From contig CM074806.1 in the NCBI GenBank assembly GCA_037447605.1, positions 2,914,001 through 2,978,000 on the forward strand: 64,000 nucleotides of DNA, in the 5' to 3' direction. Source of the stretch: Zygnema circumcarinatum SAG 698-1b (taxonomy: Eukaryota; Plantae; Zygnematophyceae). A program made the translations under genes and the position numbers. Of the stretch, positions 61,617 through 64,000 are shown one piece after another (the stretch's first letter is position 1; each line of letters starts with the position of its first letter). Under the pieces are notes generated by a model that saw nothing but the letters and a program-made list of their open reading frames with translations, was not told the origin of the DNA and made no database searches.

Positions 61617-63499
61617 GGTGGGCGGCGCGATCTTTGTAAAAAAACCGAGAGACAAGGGAATGGCCAGGCTATTATTTGAAAATGCGATGAGAGAGGGAGG
61701 AGAGAGATAGAAGAGAAGCGATTAGGAAGAGAAGAGGGAGAGAGAAAGAAACGTCAAGAGAAAGGGAGAGGGAAACAATAGAAGACGGCTGAGGGGAGAG
61801 GGAGAAACGTCAGAAAGAAGGGAGAGGGAACTGAAGGAGAGGGAGAGGAGAATGAGTAAGGAAGAGAGAGAGGAGCTCTAAAAGATGGAATGTAGGAGAG
61901 GATAAAAAGAAGGAGAGGATAAAAGGAAAGCCGATTAAGAGGTAGAGAGGAAAGGGAGAAGCTTGATAAGGAAGATGGAGAAAGCACTTGATGGGAGATG
62001 GAGAGATAAAGAGGGAATGTCTGCGATGGAGAGCGGAGAGAGAGAGAAGCTGATGGAATAGAGGAGAGAAGCGATTAAGAAGGAGAGGGAGAAGACAGAG
62101 GCTGCATGGGAGTGTTAAGGTGGAGGGCGATGGGAAAGAGAGGAGAGTGAGAGGGGCTTGGCGATAATTTAGGAGTATGGCGTTAATCTTTGTAGTCGGA
62201 CGTGATCTTTTTACGGCCTCACTTCTTTGGGCTTCTATGTTTAAGGTTTCATCCTCCCCTTTGTTGTTTTTCTAGAGAGTAGAGAGTCTTACCAGGAGGG
62301 GTCCGGCAGACGGTCGGAAGAGTCCGACCGTGGTTGTGGAGAAGGCGAGCCCTCCGAGGTCCCAGTCAATGAGCGCCCACACAGCGAACGTCTGCAGGAG
62401 CAGCGCAAAGCAAAGCCCGCGCGGGCGGGCGAGCGAGCGAGATGAGGAGGCGCTGGAAGAGGGTCGGCCGCTTGGAAGCCGCAAGGGAGGAAAGGGGAAG
62501 ACGAGGGGTCCGGGTTTGCAATTCAAAATTGCGGCATCTGACGTCAGGTATCGGCGATCTACCCGCGCCGTTCGCAGCCTTTTTTTAAGTTTGAGACCCC
62601 CCCGCGCGGGCGAAGTTGGTCATCGCGCCTTTGGAAATTGGTCATAACGCAAGAACGCGCGAGGGTGATAGCCACGCCGCTGGCCACGCATCACGGTTAC
62701 GTCGGGCTGTAGACCGTGAAGTTGACTCCGAAAAACTGGTAATCGTATTGCCTTGGTAATTGGTAATCGCTTTTAAGTCCGAGACCCCAATATTTTCGCT
62801 TCCAATTTTGCCGAAATCCACTTTTTGTACCTGGTGAACTTTAGGTGCCAGATCGTCTGCATAACCCGCATCGCTCGTGACTATCTCACTAGCCGCTACG
62901 GGCTTACGCGAACGCATTCTAATCTCCTCGCCAGGCCGCCAGAAGAGTGGGCGCCGCTTCTTCTCCCCGCCTTCTGACTTCGAGCACGATACGCATACCA
63001 TACGATACGGCCAATACGCATACTAAATCCCCCGATGGTTGATGATCTACAAGATGTAATGACAAGATATGCCAATGATATATCATCACGATAATGAGGC
63101 GCCGATGATGCCAAAGACGATACGGTACGATACGGGTACTAAGATGATAATGCACGGGCTCAACACATGAACTCTAACATAATATACTCAGTTTATTCGT
63201 AGAATACCTAACCTTATATATGCAATCTATTTTCGGCCATTTTGCCCTAACCGGTGGAAAATATGAGGACCCCTTTATCAGACAAAATTGCCAAGGCCAA
63301 GACGGTGATCTGGGCGACGCATTGACCTACCGATTGCCCTCCGCTAGATCCTTTGACCGGCCGTGTTCTTTTCGCCATTTTCCTACCGCCGCCCCGCATA
63401 CTGCTCGCTCGACATTCTCCGCTGACTCCACGCATGAGTGGTCCACATGGCACCACTTGATTCAGAGTCGGCTATCTCGAGGCTTACTCCATCGACGCT

Positions 63500-64000
63500 T
63501 TTCCGGCCGCTGTTTCGTTGATGCGGCTGGGCGCGAACAAAAATTGACGGAAAAGGAAAGTTACGAAGTCAACAGCCAACCTGGCCGTCACGCTGCCGCG
63601 ACCGCTACCGGGAGCGCTGTCGCGATGAACGACGCCGCCGGTGTCGCGACGCTGCTGCTGGCCGCTGCTCTTAGTCCACCCGCCAACGCGTGAACCCTCG
63701 TGATACTCCTTAGCTACGACATTGACGACGGCGATCTCGCCACGCGGGCTAACCGCCACGGCTAGTAAGAGAGCCACGCTGCCTTCGCCACCGCCGCGAC
63801 TTTCACTCGGGTTAGTGTCTCCGCCTTTGATGGGCTGGGTCGGCCGCTGCTGGCCGCATCTACACGCCGAGCGCGCTGTCGATGAATGACGCCGCTGGCT
63901 GCCGCGATGCGCTACAGGCATCTACGGGCGCCAACAAAATTGACGGAAAAGGAAAGCGCCGAAGTACTCCTGCCAGGTCGCTGGCGTCACCGGGAGTACT
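63500..64000 (+). repeat. GC-rich segment with internal direct repeats, running off the window end
   Basis: AAAATTGACGGAAAAGGAAAG is identical at 63540 and 63936. GAGCGCTGTCGCGATGAACGACGCCGC (~63612) resembles GAGCGCGCTGTCGATGAATGACGCCGC (~63869). Confidence 0.85.

Overview
This is eukaryotic nuclear DNA from the green-plant lineage (streptophyte-like proteins, short GT-AG introns; species not identifiable). Bases 1-52.1 kb are gene-dense. I spliced seven multi-exon genes by hand: organellar RlmN-type radical-SAM RNA methyltransferase (5' end outside the window), thylakoid FtsH2/8, adenosine-deaminase-like N6-mAMP deaminase, cornichon, DUSP-type ubiquitin protease, MnmA tRNA 2-thiouridylase and PFK5-type phosphofructokinase. 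An eighth spliced gene is a TMEM14/FAX-like membrane protein. There are also two intronless ORFs: a Myb/SANT (trihelix) protein and an uncharacterised protein. Bases 52.1-64 kb hold no intact host gene. They contain a 10-N assembly gap, large CT/AT microsatellite and minisatellite blocks, and, hidden from the ORF track, a decayed two-gene PIF/Harbinger transposon (transposase on -, Myb/SANT-like partner on +, convergent). Other non-obvious signals: a frameshifted hAT transposase dimerisation-domain remnant at 24.4-25.0 kb; a dispersed hairpin-cored repeat family found only between genes (9 copies); arrays of CAATGGTTG and helically phased CCGTACA; and a diverged pseudo-exon duplicate inside an intron of the ubiquitin protease gene. 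I found no rRNA, tRNA or CRISPR array. All family assignments rest on motif recognition, not database searches.
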